DNA of 64,000 nucleotides from Eledone cirrhosa (taxonomy: Eukaryota). Position numbers and translations under genes: made by a program. Positions within the stretch are counted from its first letter, which is position 1; each line of letters begins with the position of its first letter. Shown in pieces: positions 42,980 to 57,382 of the stretch. Under the pieces are notes generated by a model. That model saw only the letters and a list, made by a program, of their open reading frames with translations. It did no database searches and was not told where the DNA came from. The stretch covers positions 364,746,001 through 364,810,000 of the forward strand of contig OZ024743.1 of assembly GCA_964016885.1 (NCBI GenBank), written 5' to 3'.

Positions 42980-44082
42980 GGCTATAACACCCCACTTGCC
43001 GATTTTGCCATGGGTAACCCCTGCTTGCCAAGGAAGACGTAAGATCTTCTTTGTATTCTTTTATCGCTTCCTTTATTTCCTTCCCCCCTCTCTCCTTTGT
43101 CTTTCTACCCCAGCTCTTCTCCTTTGTCGGCGTCTTTTCTCGCCCACCCGAGGCTGCCCTTTGGCCCCATGTAGCCTTAGTACCCCCACCACCCCTCCCC
43201 TAGTCTATGATAGATTTGGCGGACTCCGCCCTTTATAGCAGTTGGCTTAGACCCCGGATACTTGCCCCCTCTTTCCGACCGCTCCCACTATTCTCTGTGC
43301 CCTCTATATTTCTTAGTGGCACTTATGCCTTATTTTTTCGTTTCAGTATTTCTTGCTTAGCTTTTCTTCTGGGCGGGGTGGATTCTGATTTTATTTCTCC
43401 GTATTCTACCTTTATTTCGTACGAACTTTCATGTAGCTTGTTTTAGATCTTTTAGAGTTAGCATTAGTATATATTTTTCTCGGGACTCAGAATTATTATC
43501 TCGTACAAGTTCACTTTGCTGCACTGGGTCGTTGCTGGCCCGGGATGGAAACATTTATTGTTTATTTCGTGGTAGTCTCTTTAGTATTTTGGCTCCTTTT
43601 GTTGACCCGTCACCGTATCATTTACGTACTTATACCTCTTAAAAGGGTCTTTGCCTATTCCGTCCCACCTAGTTCTTTTACTTATTTCGTTATTTCTTTA
43701 TTTATTTATTTCTTTACTTCTTTCTTTCTTTCTTTATTTTATTCTAGCCTAACAATAGCCTGACACCTAGGTCGTAGAATTTAATTTACTTTACTTTTTT
43801 CTTTACACTTATTTGCTTTCTTCACTCTCAGTATTTTTTCCTTCCTATATTTCTACCCCCCATTGTTCTACCTACCGTTCCGACTTCCTCCCCCTCTCCC
43901 TCCCCTGTATCTTCTTTGACCTCATGCCCAGCTGTAGCTGGCACTACCAACGCTTGATTGGGTCTACTCCACCCCCTCCCCTCTTTCTCCTACTGGCAGG
44001 TTTAGCCACCATCTCCCCTACTAATTTGCAACCACAGAATTACTACTGATTTTTGACAATCACTTTGACCATATATGGAATT

Positions 44083-44176
44083 ACCCCTTGAGAAGATCGG
44101 CTATTTAAATACCAGGATAAATTTTCATTTAGTCCAGAATTAGCCGTCGAAACGGCTTGAGCTCAGCTGTCGGGGT
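44083..44176 (+). ncRNA. Hammerhead ribozyme, U3-A8 core variant with stable stems II and III
   Basis: acccc-TTGAGAA-gatcggctatt...aattagccgtc-GAAA-cggct tgagctc agctg-TC-ggggt. Confidence 0.82.
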
Positions 44177-44186
44177 CTTACTGGTT

Positions 44187-44479
<293 letters not shown>

Positions 44480-45118
44480 ATATATTTATATATTTATATA
44501 TATATATATATATTTATATATTTATATATATATATATATATAAATCTGTTTTCTTCATTTATTGCCATATATTTCTTCATATACATGAAAGAAACCCCCC
44601 CCCCCCCGCCGCCACCACCACTACGATGGTGGCGGGTGGGATGAAGAGAAAACACAAACTGAATACTTCTAAATTGTTAGCAGCAGCAAGATATAAGCTG
44701 ACCACTACAACAACAACAGTACCAAAATAATGGTGGAGGTCAAATGTACTGAACAATAGCAGGCATAAACACTACAGGGAGCCTCACCCCAGAAAGAATT
44801 CTATAGACTTCTAACTGAGGAATGCTCTCAGAACTGAACAATGGGAAGTTTGACACATTTTTTGATATTTTGTTCCTTCAACACCTTGTCCCTTCTACCA
44901 TTTTATCAATTTTTAAGCTAACTCCAACAATGACAACACTAATAACTGACCAATGAGAGGAGAAGGGGACCTGTAACACGAAAATTCGTTTGTTTGAATT
45001 CATATGACTCCAGTTCCCCAGTGAATTAACAACCCAGCAAGGAACTGGGCATATCAGAGTATTGACAATATCATACACCTAAACAACATATGTACTTGTC
45101 TATACCATACTAATTCAA

Positions 45119-45173
45119 ACTGCCTGAAGAGGTCACAGCCAAAGATGGCTGTCACTGAAATATATATTGCAGT
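45119..45173 (+). ncRNA. Type I hammerhead ribozyme at the 3' end of a PLE-like remnant (about 44545-45222)
   Basis: actgc-CTGAAGA-ggtcacagcca aaga tggctgtcact-GAAA-tatata-TT-gcagt, followed by AATAAA and then (TA)n. Confidence 0.83.
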
Positions 45174-45217
45174 AATAAACGAAGCTAAATTTTAATCATT
45201 TGACTTTTATTTAACTT

Positions 45218-45383
<166 letters not shown>

Positions 45384-45404
45384 ATATATATTTATATATT
45401 TATA

Positions 45405-45478
<74 letters not shown>

Positions 45479-45747
45479 TACAAACACGACCGCGAGCAAA
45501 TAATCCCTCACACACCCATACAATATATACAAAGCAATATATACAAAGATACACACTATTGGATGGTCGTTGACTCCTTTGTCTTTTATCAGGTTTTCTT
45601 TTTTATCCTGCAGAGTGTCCACAATCACCCCCCTCACCAAGCAAGCTTGGTAAGGTTTACTGTTTAGTCGCCGTCGACACGACCATGCTTTAGGTAGTAC
45701 TGGATTACATGTACCACTCAGGAGGGACATGACATGATTATATGTAC

Positions 45748-45867
<120 letters not shown>

Positions 45868-46069
45868 TACTTTTGGTGGAATCTGTCAAGTATATTGAAT
45901 TCCGCTGGTGTTTCACTCCTATGCAGCAAAGCTGTAAGCACACATGTGTCATATACAGTTATTATTGTCTTCAATGTTATGCCTCCGTCTGGCCACATAC
46001 TTTTCATTAATTTTCCAAATGCAGTGCTTGCTTTCTGTATACGAAGATGTATTTCTTAATCTAGGCTGT

Positions 46070-46530
46070 CCTCAAGGGAGCTAGCTTCGGTCTCGTCTTC
46101 AAAGGTTGGATCGCTGCAATGTACATTGACATCTGCTTGGTGGTCAATGTTAATGGCCATTTTCGTCAAAGGTGCCATCTCTCCTTCCTTCTGTACGTAT
46201 TGACTCTCGAGCTTTTACTGCGGAAGCTGGACCTTTTGCAAGGCATCCTGCTCGAACCGAGAGAGGAAAGGCTGTGTCGATTTTCGAGGTGGTCGGCACC
46301 TTCTTGGAGAAACATGAAAGGTTGGCGGGAACAAAACTAAACCCGGAAAAGTCGGTGAGCATCTGGAGAGGCAAGCCCATGTCGTTCAACAGCGTCTCCG
46401 AACGCTGGACAGACGGACCTTTAAAGTTGCTCGGGGTCTGATTCTGACCAAACCTCCATGTGGATAAGAGTTTGGAGGAGGTTACGATCAGAGTAGCCAC
46501 TCTCACCCAGAAATTAGCCGAAAAGATGTT
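46070..46530 (+). mobile_element. L1/Tx1-like RT fragment
   Basis: RQRCHLSFLLYVLTLELLLRKL, GTKLNPEKS, WTDGPLKLLGV. Confidence 0.7.
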
Positions 46531-47289
46531 ACATAGAAGAACCGTTCGAACAGTTTGAATTTGACGCCTGAAGACAAACAGGCTTTTACACATTGCAATA
46601 TGAAATCTGAGCTTAGCCATGAAACCTAAGATAACGTTATAAATTACACCGAGTGTACTATTGATAATAAATTAACTGTCTTCATATATATAGCGCTACA
46701 TAATACACAAACACACTCACACGCATACATACATACATACATACATACATACATACATACATACATACATACATACATACATACATACATACATGGTGGC
46801 TGCCAACTCGTTTTCGAGTGCGGCCACTACTTTATATCCATGTAGGAGAACCCCTACCGATGCGCTGAACGAATGCGACTTTTTAGTTCAGCCAGCGACT
46901 TGAAAACTCTGGTATAAACACTACACCTGTGACAATTATTGACACATAGTGCTGGGCCCATGGTACCATGTGACGACAAGTGCAGAGAGATCTCCAGATA
47001 CAAAGCAATGCCTGTGCCGTGAAGCTTTTATAGTGAGCAAAGGCACTGCACAAAGCCAGTCCCACTCTCTTAACCAAGATGATATTTACCAAAAAGAAGA
47101 ACAAGTAAACATCATTGGATACCATCAGGGTTGCAGGTGTTATATCAGAGTTTTCCTTCTCCTAGAATTCTGCCTTGACAAAGGCTAAGGGGTCATCCCA
47201 CATACATACATACATACATACATACATACATACATACATACATACATACATACATACATGATTGCTACTTCTTGTCTGAAGAGTGTCAT

Positions 47290-48090
47290 CCCTTCATTGA
47301 ACATTGCACAATCAGGTGCACGCAGGTGACCTTTCAGACCCTCTTTTGTTTTGCAGGCACTGAACTTGAGTCCGGCTTACGAAGTGAAAGCTTCAAAACC
47401 ATGTTCTACTCGCTTTTTCTCAAAGAAATCACATCCATATTTGATAATCTTTCTCCATGATGTACGGCCTTCAGCCAATGTCTCCCAGTTCTCCATATCA
47501 ATCTTCAGAGTTTTAAGATTGTCTTTTATGACATCCTTAAACTGCTTCTTTGGTTTAAGCTGTGGCCTTTTCCCTCTGGTCAGCTCCCCATAAAACAGCT
47601 CGAAAATGGAAGGCTTCCTCAAGAAGCCTTCCATTTTCCATCCTGACCACATGACCAGCCAATCGTATCTAGTTCATAATAATCTTCTTCTCAATACTGG
47701 TGCTACCCGCTTTCTCAAGTACAGCAGCATCAGGCGTGTAAGGATGCGTCGGATACAATGCTGATGAAGTCTTTCCAGCTGCCTGATGTGATGCCTGTAA
47801 GTTGTCAACGTTTAGCATCCATATACAAGGGCTGTAAGAATACTGGCCTCATACACAGAGGGTATTGTGTTTCTCGTGATACCCCGATATGACCAGATTC
47901 GCTTCTTAAGCTTCCCGAAAGCAAGACTCACTTTCGCAATTCTGGGACCTATTTCAGCATCGAGGGTACCACCTCTACTAAGTGTACTTCCGGGATACAC
48001 AAAGCTGTCCACCACCTCACGTCTTTTTCCTCACACGAAAATGTCCGGCTCGACATACACTTCCCCAACTGGTGGAGTGTACATGACCTT
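47290..48090 (-). mobile_element. RTE-clade LINE 3' fragment between (TACA)n arrays
   Basis: VDSFVYPGSTLS, RIAK..AFGKL, LVYGC, LFYGEL..GKRP..KPKKQFKD..K..LK. Confidence 0.85.
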
Positions 48091-48127
48091 TGTCTTTTTT
48101 TTATTTCATTTTATCTTATCTATCTAT

Positions 48128-48159
<32 letters not shown>

Positions 48160-48181
48160 CATACATACATACATACATACA

Positions 48182-48213
<32 letters not shown>

Positions 48214-49746
48214 GTCTACAAGTGGCTGCGATAGCTGGCACCTTCAAAATTTGCAAAACATTCTTGCGATTCAAGGGATGACAATTTCTTTTCTTTTACA
48301 ACCTTACCACCAGGAAGGTGGCCGGTCAAAAAAAAAAATACTCGAAATTAAGAGAAAGAGATAACATACATACATACATACATACATACATACATACATA
48401 CATACATACATACATACATACATACATACATACATGATGGCTGCAACTCGATTTCGAGTAATGCCATCGCTTGATACTTAAGCATAAGCATCATGGACGT
48501 GGCTTTTTAGTCCTGCTGGGGACTTGTCTATGACCAGCAATACCATACATCGCAAAAAAATGTCACATATCAAGCGATGCCTGTGCTTGAAGCTTTTTTT
48601 AATGAGGAAAGGCTTTTGCATGGGGCCAATCCCATTCTCTGAACATCGAGTGCGTTTACTCAAAAAGAAATGGTCGACATCATTGGATGCAAACGAAGTC
48701 GCAGGTTTTATTTCAGAGTGACCTTCTCCTAGAGAGATGTATTAATGAAGATTAGGAGTATCCCGCTTCACAAAAAATACTTTATTGGATTACCGTTGAC
48801 TCTCTTGAGTTCCTCCGCCGTTTGACGGGTTTTATTTTTCATCCCGCAGGGTGTCCAAAATCACCCTCCCTCACCAAGCAATCTTCGTGGGGTTGCCGGT
48901 TTAGTCGCCGACGACCCGACCATGCACAGGTTGTACTGAGTTACATGTTACCAGTAGTGTTAAAGAGCGACCTGACATACATACCTAACACTCTGCTTAC
49001 ACATATTGAAAGTATTGTGTTATTTCAGTTAATGTTTGAATGTCTTAAATACAATGTTATTCTTAACACATTTCACTCTCTCTTGCTATAAATTAATGTT
49101 TCGTCTCTTACTCCATTGGACAGCGTTTTGCTTGTGTCACATGACGAGACCCCGGACGGACTAACAATACCGTTGGTAGGGGGGGGGGGGTCTAAACTGC
49201 CAAAGTCCACCTCAACGACAGATGACCATGGAGTTCTTTGTCCTTCATTTGTATTTTTTATTTTTAAAAAATAATTTTTTTAAGGTTTGCCCTTTAAAAA
49301 GTTGTTTTTCGTTCGTTGTCTTGTCCTCTCTTTGTTAATTTTCTTAAGTTTATATATATATATATATATATGTGTGTGTAGAGAGAGAGAGAGGGGTGGA
49401 GAGAGATATCTCAGAGACAAAAGGTGGGGTAGAATGAGATATATGAGTGTGGGTGTATAAATGTAAATGTATGTTTGTGTATCAATAATCATCTCCATTT
49501 ATCTATAAATAGGTATCACGTGGCGGTATAATTTACAATTCTTAGAACATATATAATTAACTAGTGATTTTTTTTGTTTGTTTATAGTGGTAAGTTTACT
49601 AGGTAACCTTTCATGGACTAGTGGTTTGTCGCTAAACAAGACATATTCCCATTCAATTAAATATGTGGAGATCGGGTTATAATCGGTGGTGCAGTCGATT
49701 GTATAGTTGTTTGTGAAAAGAAATAGTAACTATGGAGGTGATTATG

Positions 49747-50240
<494 letters not shown>

Positions 50241-51810
50241 GGTGAATGTCGGGGTAATAAGAGGGAGGTCAATGCAAATCGAGGATTCAAGTATCTTTAT
50301 ATTGAATGTTGTAATCAATTATTAAATTAAATATTTTTTATGTCACAACTAACCATCGTGTCAGGTGACTGTATCACTAACCGCCACCTGCGACCCGTTC
50401 TCTAGCAAAACAATTCATATTCTTCATGAACAGGATTGACATGCGCCGCCGGGTTGGAAGTGGTATCAGGACTGCCGAGTGAAGAACAGTCGGCTGGAAT
50501 TTTCAGACAACAGGGTATTACCTAACCCGTCAGAAGGTGATCTCCGACATGCACTTGATGGATTTGCTGCCGAGTGTTGCGCGTCAGGAATGGAGTCAGT
50601 GCTGTGAAGACTGAAACACTCGTCCTCTCAGTGCACTCAGGAGAACTAGTCAACATCATCAGAAGCTTCCGAAACCGCAGTGGTCTTTTTTCAGAGTTTC
50701 TCTCTCCTAGAAAGGTGTTGTGACAACTGGAGGCCTTTCACTACCAGGTGAAAAGGAAAGTACTATTTGAATGGCCGTTGACTCTGCTGAGTTCCTCCGC
50801 CTTTTGCCGGGTCTTATATTTCATCCCGCATGGTGTCCAAATATCACCCTGCTCACCAAGCAATCTTGGTGGGGTTGCCGGTTTAGTCGCCGACGACCCG
50901 ACCACGAGACAGGTTTTACTGGGTTACATGTTACCAGTAGCACTCGAGAGCGACCTGACATACATACATATATACATTCATACATATATACACACACACA
51001 TGCATACACACATACATATATACATACATACACACACACATACACACATATACATACATACATGCACACACTTACACACATATACATACATACATGCACA
51101 CACACCCACACATACACACGCATACATACATACATACATACATACATACATACATACATACATACATACATACATACATACATACATACATACATACATA
51201 CATACATACATACATACCTTAACGGTTGAAGTTTTCCTTGGATACATACATATTTATATCTTTATGTTTGTATGTAAAAATGTGTTCACACTGACCAGAG
51301 TTTTAAGCTTTTTTTCCACGAGTTATGCAATCTGAAAGCTTTAAAAGATAATGAATGACATGTTTCATTTATATTGAATTTATCGCTATAATAATAAACT
51401 ATTTTCCGAATGAATAGTATTGAATACAATCTGACTATACAGTTGCCATTAATGTTTGGTTACATTCAATCAACTTTGAATAGACGTCTGAGGTGAGTCA
51501 CGAGAGCACTTGAATGACTCCACTGTATCAAACATTATGCTTAATATCTTGTTGATCTAACCTCTGTATTTGAAAATCTGTGACGTAAAAGAAGAAGTCA
51601 CATGAAACATTCTACAGTAAATTGATAATCAAAATGAAAAAAATAATAATAACTCCTCTCAAAGGCTTGATATCTGACACCTACAAATAAAATTAGATAT
51701 GATAAATGCTCGGAAAACCTCATAAATTGTCTAAAGGTGATATTTGTATTTTCCAAGCACTATCATTTATCATGCATATATATATATATATGTATGTATA
51801 TATATATATA

Positions 51811-52523
51811 CTAGCATTAAAGCCCGGCGTTGCTCGGGGTCATTAAGTTACCAAAATTAGGTTGCACCACCCATTTTATGGCAGCACTTTTTTGTCTGCC
51901 AGGCACTGGGTGAATGAATTGCAGACCTGGAAGCAGGAGCTGCGCCAGCAGTGACAATTGTAGTTTCGCCTATGGATATTATCTCTGTGCAAAAAAGTGT
52001 TGAAATTTATTGTTTCACAGTACTTGCGCAACACGCGCGTAGACGATGCCAGCCGAACAACGGAGCTGCGATGGAGTTGTTCTGCATGGTTGTCTGTGTG
52101 TTTTCTAAATTTAAGACAGTAGGGAGGGTTGTGATATGAGGGAGAGTTAGCTGTTGTTTCTAGCAGGTTTAATGACTTCATAGAGGATATGTGTTTTCTA
52201 AATTTAAGACAGTAGGGAGTGGTGTGAACGGACAGTATCACCATCAAGCTTGGAAAGAGAAAGTAGCAGAAAGTATGAAGTTGTATAGATTTTGAATGGT
52301 AGTAGAAAGAGTTCAGCAGTTTAAATGAGAGAGAAAAATCGTAAAATATTGAGTTTTATCTATGTTTTGCGTAATTGTGGGTGAAATTGAAAAGATTATC
52401 TGCGTCAAGACGCAATCGAAGCTATTTCGAATACTGTATTGTAAATTTCAATTGAAGAAATTCTATATCGTAGATTTCTATAACGAAGGAGCATGTCCAT
52501 ACACTGAGCTTTATAGATTATGA
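51811..52523 (-). mobile_element. Non-autonomous Helitron-like element
   Basis: Minus strand begins a|TCataatctataaag and ends cccgagcaacgccgggc (hairpin) tttaatg-CTAG|t. Confidence 0.72.
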
Positions 52524-52625
52524 TACACACACACATATGGATATATATTTTCGTGGCAATATATATATTTTCAACGCTAAATTGTTAATAACAATATACC
52601 GTATTTGCTGGCCTATAAGACGTTG

Positions 52626-54610
52626 TTCTCGGGTGTCCGTATAGCTTTGGTCCAGCCATTCTATCTTCCTATGGGAGTCTTTTTAGCCATTGAAGTTATG
52701 GTGGGGAGGTCTACGCCTTATTGGTCTACTGGGGCAGAAACTGCTAAGGTCATAATTATTTAGATATTAATAAGAGGTAGAGCCCTCACCTCCCCCATAA
52801 CTTCAATGGCTAAAAAGACTCTCATAGGAAGATGGAATGGGTGGACCAAAGCCATACGGACACCCGAGAACAACGATTGGATGAGAAAAATGATCGCACA
52901 TGCGGTAGGGGCTAGTATTAAAACTACCCTAAAGGGCCACATGTTTAAATTCAATCACAAAATCTACACCCAAGATGAAGCAGTAGTCATTGGCGTCAGC
53001 TGCCGATATTGCCACCTATTTATGGTATGGTGGGACATGAGTCTCAGAGAACACCTAGCATAGAACTCCATAGCCCTCGTCGTGTACTCTCGTTACGTAG
53101 ATGATATCAATATAGTAATAAGAACACCCCACAAGAGAGTACCAATAAACCAGAATTAGAAACTAACTCCATGGAGAACATTCAGTATAATACACTAGAG
53201 CATAACAGTAACTATCGACTACCCTTCCAAACACCCTAATAATAGACTACCAGTATTAGACACTGAACTCTGGTTAAACACTATAAACGTGAAAACACAA
53301 ATTCTCTACTCACATTATGCTAAGCCCGCGGCCTCCAAATATCTTACACACAAAAACTCAGCGATGTCCAATAGTGCTAAGATTAATATTATGATCGCAG
53401 ACGTGGTAAGAGTGATGAAGAATGTGTCCCGCATGTGCGATTCAACTGAACTGTAAAGACACGTACAAAACTTCACCTATCGTATGCAGTTCTCTGGTTA
53501 CAACCAAAGAGACAGAATCAGAGTATACAAAGGAGCCACAGAGAAATATAAGACCCTCATAGAGATGGGCATGAAATGGATTTGCCCATTGTACAGGAGC
53601 AAATCATGGAAGAGCATAGATAGGACTAAACATAAGATAGGGAAAGCCACTTCATGGTACGACAACGAGAGATACCAGAGTGTCATGTTCGGGGATGCAA
53701 CCCCTGGAGGTGAATTAGCTAACCAATTTAGAAAGGCCCTAAGAAAGATCCATTTAAAGATTAAAGTGGTAGAAAAGCCAGGAACTACCATAAAATCCCT
53801 GATCAGCAAGACATACCCCTTTAAGAAAACCCACTGTACTAATAAGAAATGTGTTATATATAGAAGAAATCCACAAATAAATTATAAAACTAGAAATACA
53901 GTCTATAGCATAAGATGTACAGAGGGTACTTTCAGTAACATGACAACGACATACGTAGGAGAGACAGCTCGGAGCATAGAGGAGAGATTAGACCAATACT
54001 GGGGGGGGGGGACTAAAAGGACAAAAAGACGGTTCGGTACTATATGAACACGCCAGATAAAGACATGATGGTAATATAGACAAAATAGAAATTAAAATAA
54101 TAGTTAAGCATAAAAATGACTCAACAGGTAGACAAATTAGGGAAGCAACTGAAATAGAACTTAGAAAACCGAAGCTGAACAGAAAAAATGGATGGAATAA
54201 CAACAACCATACACAAACACACAATAGTGACCTAAGATAAATATAAATAAATATACACAGGCACAGTAACAACAACCACACATAAACACTCACTAGTGAG
54301 CAAATATAGAATACACACCAAACAGAAAACACACATAGAAACGCATGCGAAAACAGAGACAAGAACAAATAAATAATTAAAAAATAGAATAGACATTACA
54401 ATATAACGGGAGGAAACATAATAGTATCACTGATGATGTCAAGGTATGTGATGAAAGAACTTTGATAGACTATATATGTGTGTGTATTTTTAACTGTTGG
54501 TCAATCAATGATAAATGATTACCAACTAAATTAACTATAGGGATATAAAATATACAGAAGCGAAAACCAATCTAAACCAAACAGCGAGTGTGTTTTATTA
54601 TATTATATAT
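52626..54610 (+). mobile_element. Decayed 5'-truncated PLE (YVDD-type RT plus GIY-YIG) with a short 5' inversion
   Basis: HMFKFNHKIYTQ, FMVWWD, YSRYVDD, PVLD, MQFSGY, VYSIRC...YVGETARS; 52626-52710 is an inverted copy of about 52785-52870; several stops. Confidence 0.88.
54425..54467 (+). ncRNA. Minimal hammerhead ribozyme in pLTR
   Basis: tatca-CTGATGA-tgtca aggtatg tgat-GAAA-gaac-TT-tgata. Confidence 0.72.
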
Positions 54611-54647
54611 TTCTTATGACCCTCCCCAAATATAACAATATATATAT

Positions 54648-54828
54648 ATGCGAGAAAAACCACAAACCCTCCATCTCAATTCTACTTTTGAAAAGCATAA
54701 GAACTGTGAAACCGGTAAAGGAAACAAATAAATATTCTTAAAAAGACTCCAGTTGCATTTTCGATTTCTTTTCCTTATACTTTCACTCGTGTATGACATC
54801 TCGTTTTTTTTTCTTTAAAAAAAAAACC

Positions 54829-54832
<4 letters not shown>
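54648..54832 (+). mobile_element. Diverged solo copy of the Neptune-like pLTR with U3-A8 HHR
   Basis: ctt-TTGAAAA-gca taagaac tgt-GAAA-ccgg-TA-aag at 54685-54720; flanks match 3172-3375. Confidence 0.85.
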
Positions 54833-54915
<83 letters not shown>

Positions 54916-55135
54916 AAAGGTAAACAGAAATAACAACACAATCGGTACAGTATATGGAAGGAATGTGTTAGGTTAACGCTTAAAATAGAAGGAAGAAGGT
55001 GCTGACGTTTCGGACGCTAGCTTCATCAGAAGAAAGAATATGAAATAAGATAGATTGAAGGGACGGGCGGGTTGGAATTGGAAAAAATATATTTAGATAA
55101 AAATAACAGGTCCATTCATGTTGACATAGGAAGCG

Positions 55136-55209
<74 letters not shown>

Positions 55210-55442
55210 AAAAAGAAAATTTCGCTTTACATGGCTGAATACAATAAATGTAATCTGAGTTTTTCGAAAATTAATAATAACATTCGATTCGTTTGCAATT
55301 GTGCAAACAAGCCTCAATTTTATAGCCATGTCAATAGAACTGACTGATCAGCCAGTATGTAAATCAGGCCGATCAGTCACTGTGTATTTTTGAAAATAGC
55401 ATATATTTTCCCTAGCTGTGACAGTTTGTCAGGTGAACAGTG

Positions 55443-55490
55443 AGCTGTACTGATGAAGGGTGATACCCAGAAACATTAGTGTCTGCAGTT
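55443..55490 (+). ncRNA. Canonical hammerhead ribozyme inside an inverted pLTR pair (55244-55329 / 55541-55626)
   Basis: agctgta-CTGATGA-agggt gat accca-GAAA-cat ta gtg-TC-tgcagtt; GUC cleavage triplet. Confidence 0.85.
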
Positions 55491-55620
55491 CTGTACGCAT
55501 GCCAACTCAAGAGCAAGAATGAAGTGTTCATTCTACTGATATGGCTATAAAATTGAGGCTTGTTTGCATAATTGCAAACGAATCGAATGTTATTATTAAT
55601 ATTCGAAAAACTCAGATTAC

Positions 55621-55684
<64 letters not shown>

Positions 55685-55892
55685 CACTATATTATTTATT
55701 TATGTTCAAACACGGAACAAAGCGCTACCTAAGGTTTCAAGGTCCCACAATGACCATATCTCCAGAATATAAGAGGCATCAAAATCAGGTGCTTATACGA
55801 GTATAAGATAACGTTATAATTAATATGTGCAAAAAAGGCTAGCTTACGAAAAACGATTGTTTTTGTTTTTGTTTTTTCCTTTTTCACAACTA

Positions 55893-55954
<62 letters not shown>

Positions 55955-56674
55955 TATATATATATAAATGAAAGGTATAGAAAACATTGTCGCAAGAAGC
56001 CAACAGTATTCCATAATATATAAGTGACTATAGCGTCAAAATGGGAAGAAAAAAAATATATATATATATATAATAAAAGTATGTGTTCCTACATGTAAAT
56101 AATACACATAGGGATACAAGTATAGTCCGACCGTATGCAAGTGTGGTTCAATGGCATCCTCGTCAGAAGGCTTTTCTCTCTCGGAGAATATAAGATACCC
56201 GAGTTCAAAATACAAACTGGCACCATACAAAACTGCCCCTACAAATGAATGATGAAACAATTTTGTCTAGTACCGTGTGCAAAGACTGAAAGCAAGGTCG
56301 ACAGGTCAATCTCTCGCTACTAAAAATAGCATCCGTTCAAATGACCATAGGTTTCTCTAACGTTGGGGAGAATAATAATAAAAGTATATGTTCGTACATG
56401 TAAATAATACACATAGGGATACAAGCATAGTCCGATCGTATGCAAATGTGGTTCAATGGCAAGTTAATAAATTAACAAGCCAGAACATATGAAATCAAAG
56501 GAAAGCAAATAAAGAAAACATTTCTAAATAAATTTCAAAAATTCACTGTACTTCCTATATGTTCCTTTACCGCGGTTTCAGATCCCAAAACAATTATATA
56601 ATCCAAGCGGATTTCCATTGAGAAAGAGATCCTCTTTCGGAGACACATACTTTTATTATTATTCTCATGAATAG

Positions 56675-57338
56675 TCATGCCAGAAAGACATGCGCCATAT
56701 CACCCGCAAAATAAGTTCTAAGATTCTAACGAATAGGTCCGATGGCGCATGTCTTTCTGGCATGACACCCATAATTTTGATTATCTTAATTTTGGATATA
56801 GATATATAAATACGGCTCCTTAATTGTAGAGCTAACTCTGTTGAAAGGATTTGACTGCTGTTTCTAGTTGTCGATAACCCTATTCACGCCACTGTGACGA
56901 AGCTGGTATGATGTGTGTATTTCTAGTAGATACAGCACGTGTTGCTGGCCAGTCGCTGATTTGAACTTGAAGTGTAAACATAGATCGCTGGACTTCTTCC
57001 TTGTTGAAAATCCAAGTACCGGCCTCCATGGTTTACCATTCGATTAATTGGTGAAATATATTTCTTTAATGGAATATATACAGGGAAGATTAATCATATT
57101 ATAAGGTATCTATTTTTGAAGTTCTGGTTAACTTTATTTAGTTACCTACTTAGCTATGTATGCTTACACACTTGTAAAAATTATCCCCTGTGATTATTCA
57201 TGTTTATTTATATGTTAATCAATTTCTAGTTATTATAAAATGCTCGGACCTATTCGTTAGAATCTTAGAGCTTATTTTGCGGGTGATATGGCGCATGTCT
57301 TTCTGGCACGACACCCATAATTTTGATTATCTTAATTT

Positions 57339-57382
<44 letters not shown>

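Noticed and set aside
55000-55033. Minus-strand CTGATGA-agctagcgtcc-GAAACGTC hammerhead-like motif
   Set aside because: Core boxes are present but stems I and II pair poorly; probably a decayed HHR and not counted as intact.
56110-56170. Minus-strand CTGACGA with a possible stem II (ggatgc/gtatcc)
   Set aside because: No GAAA box or stem I found.
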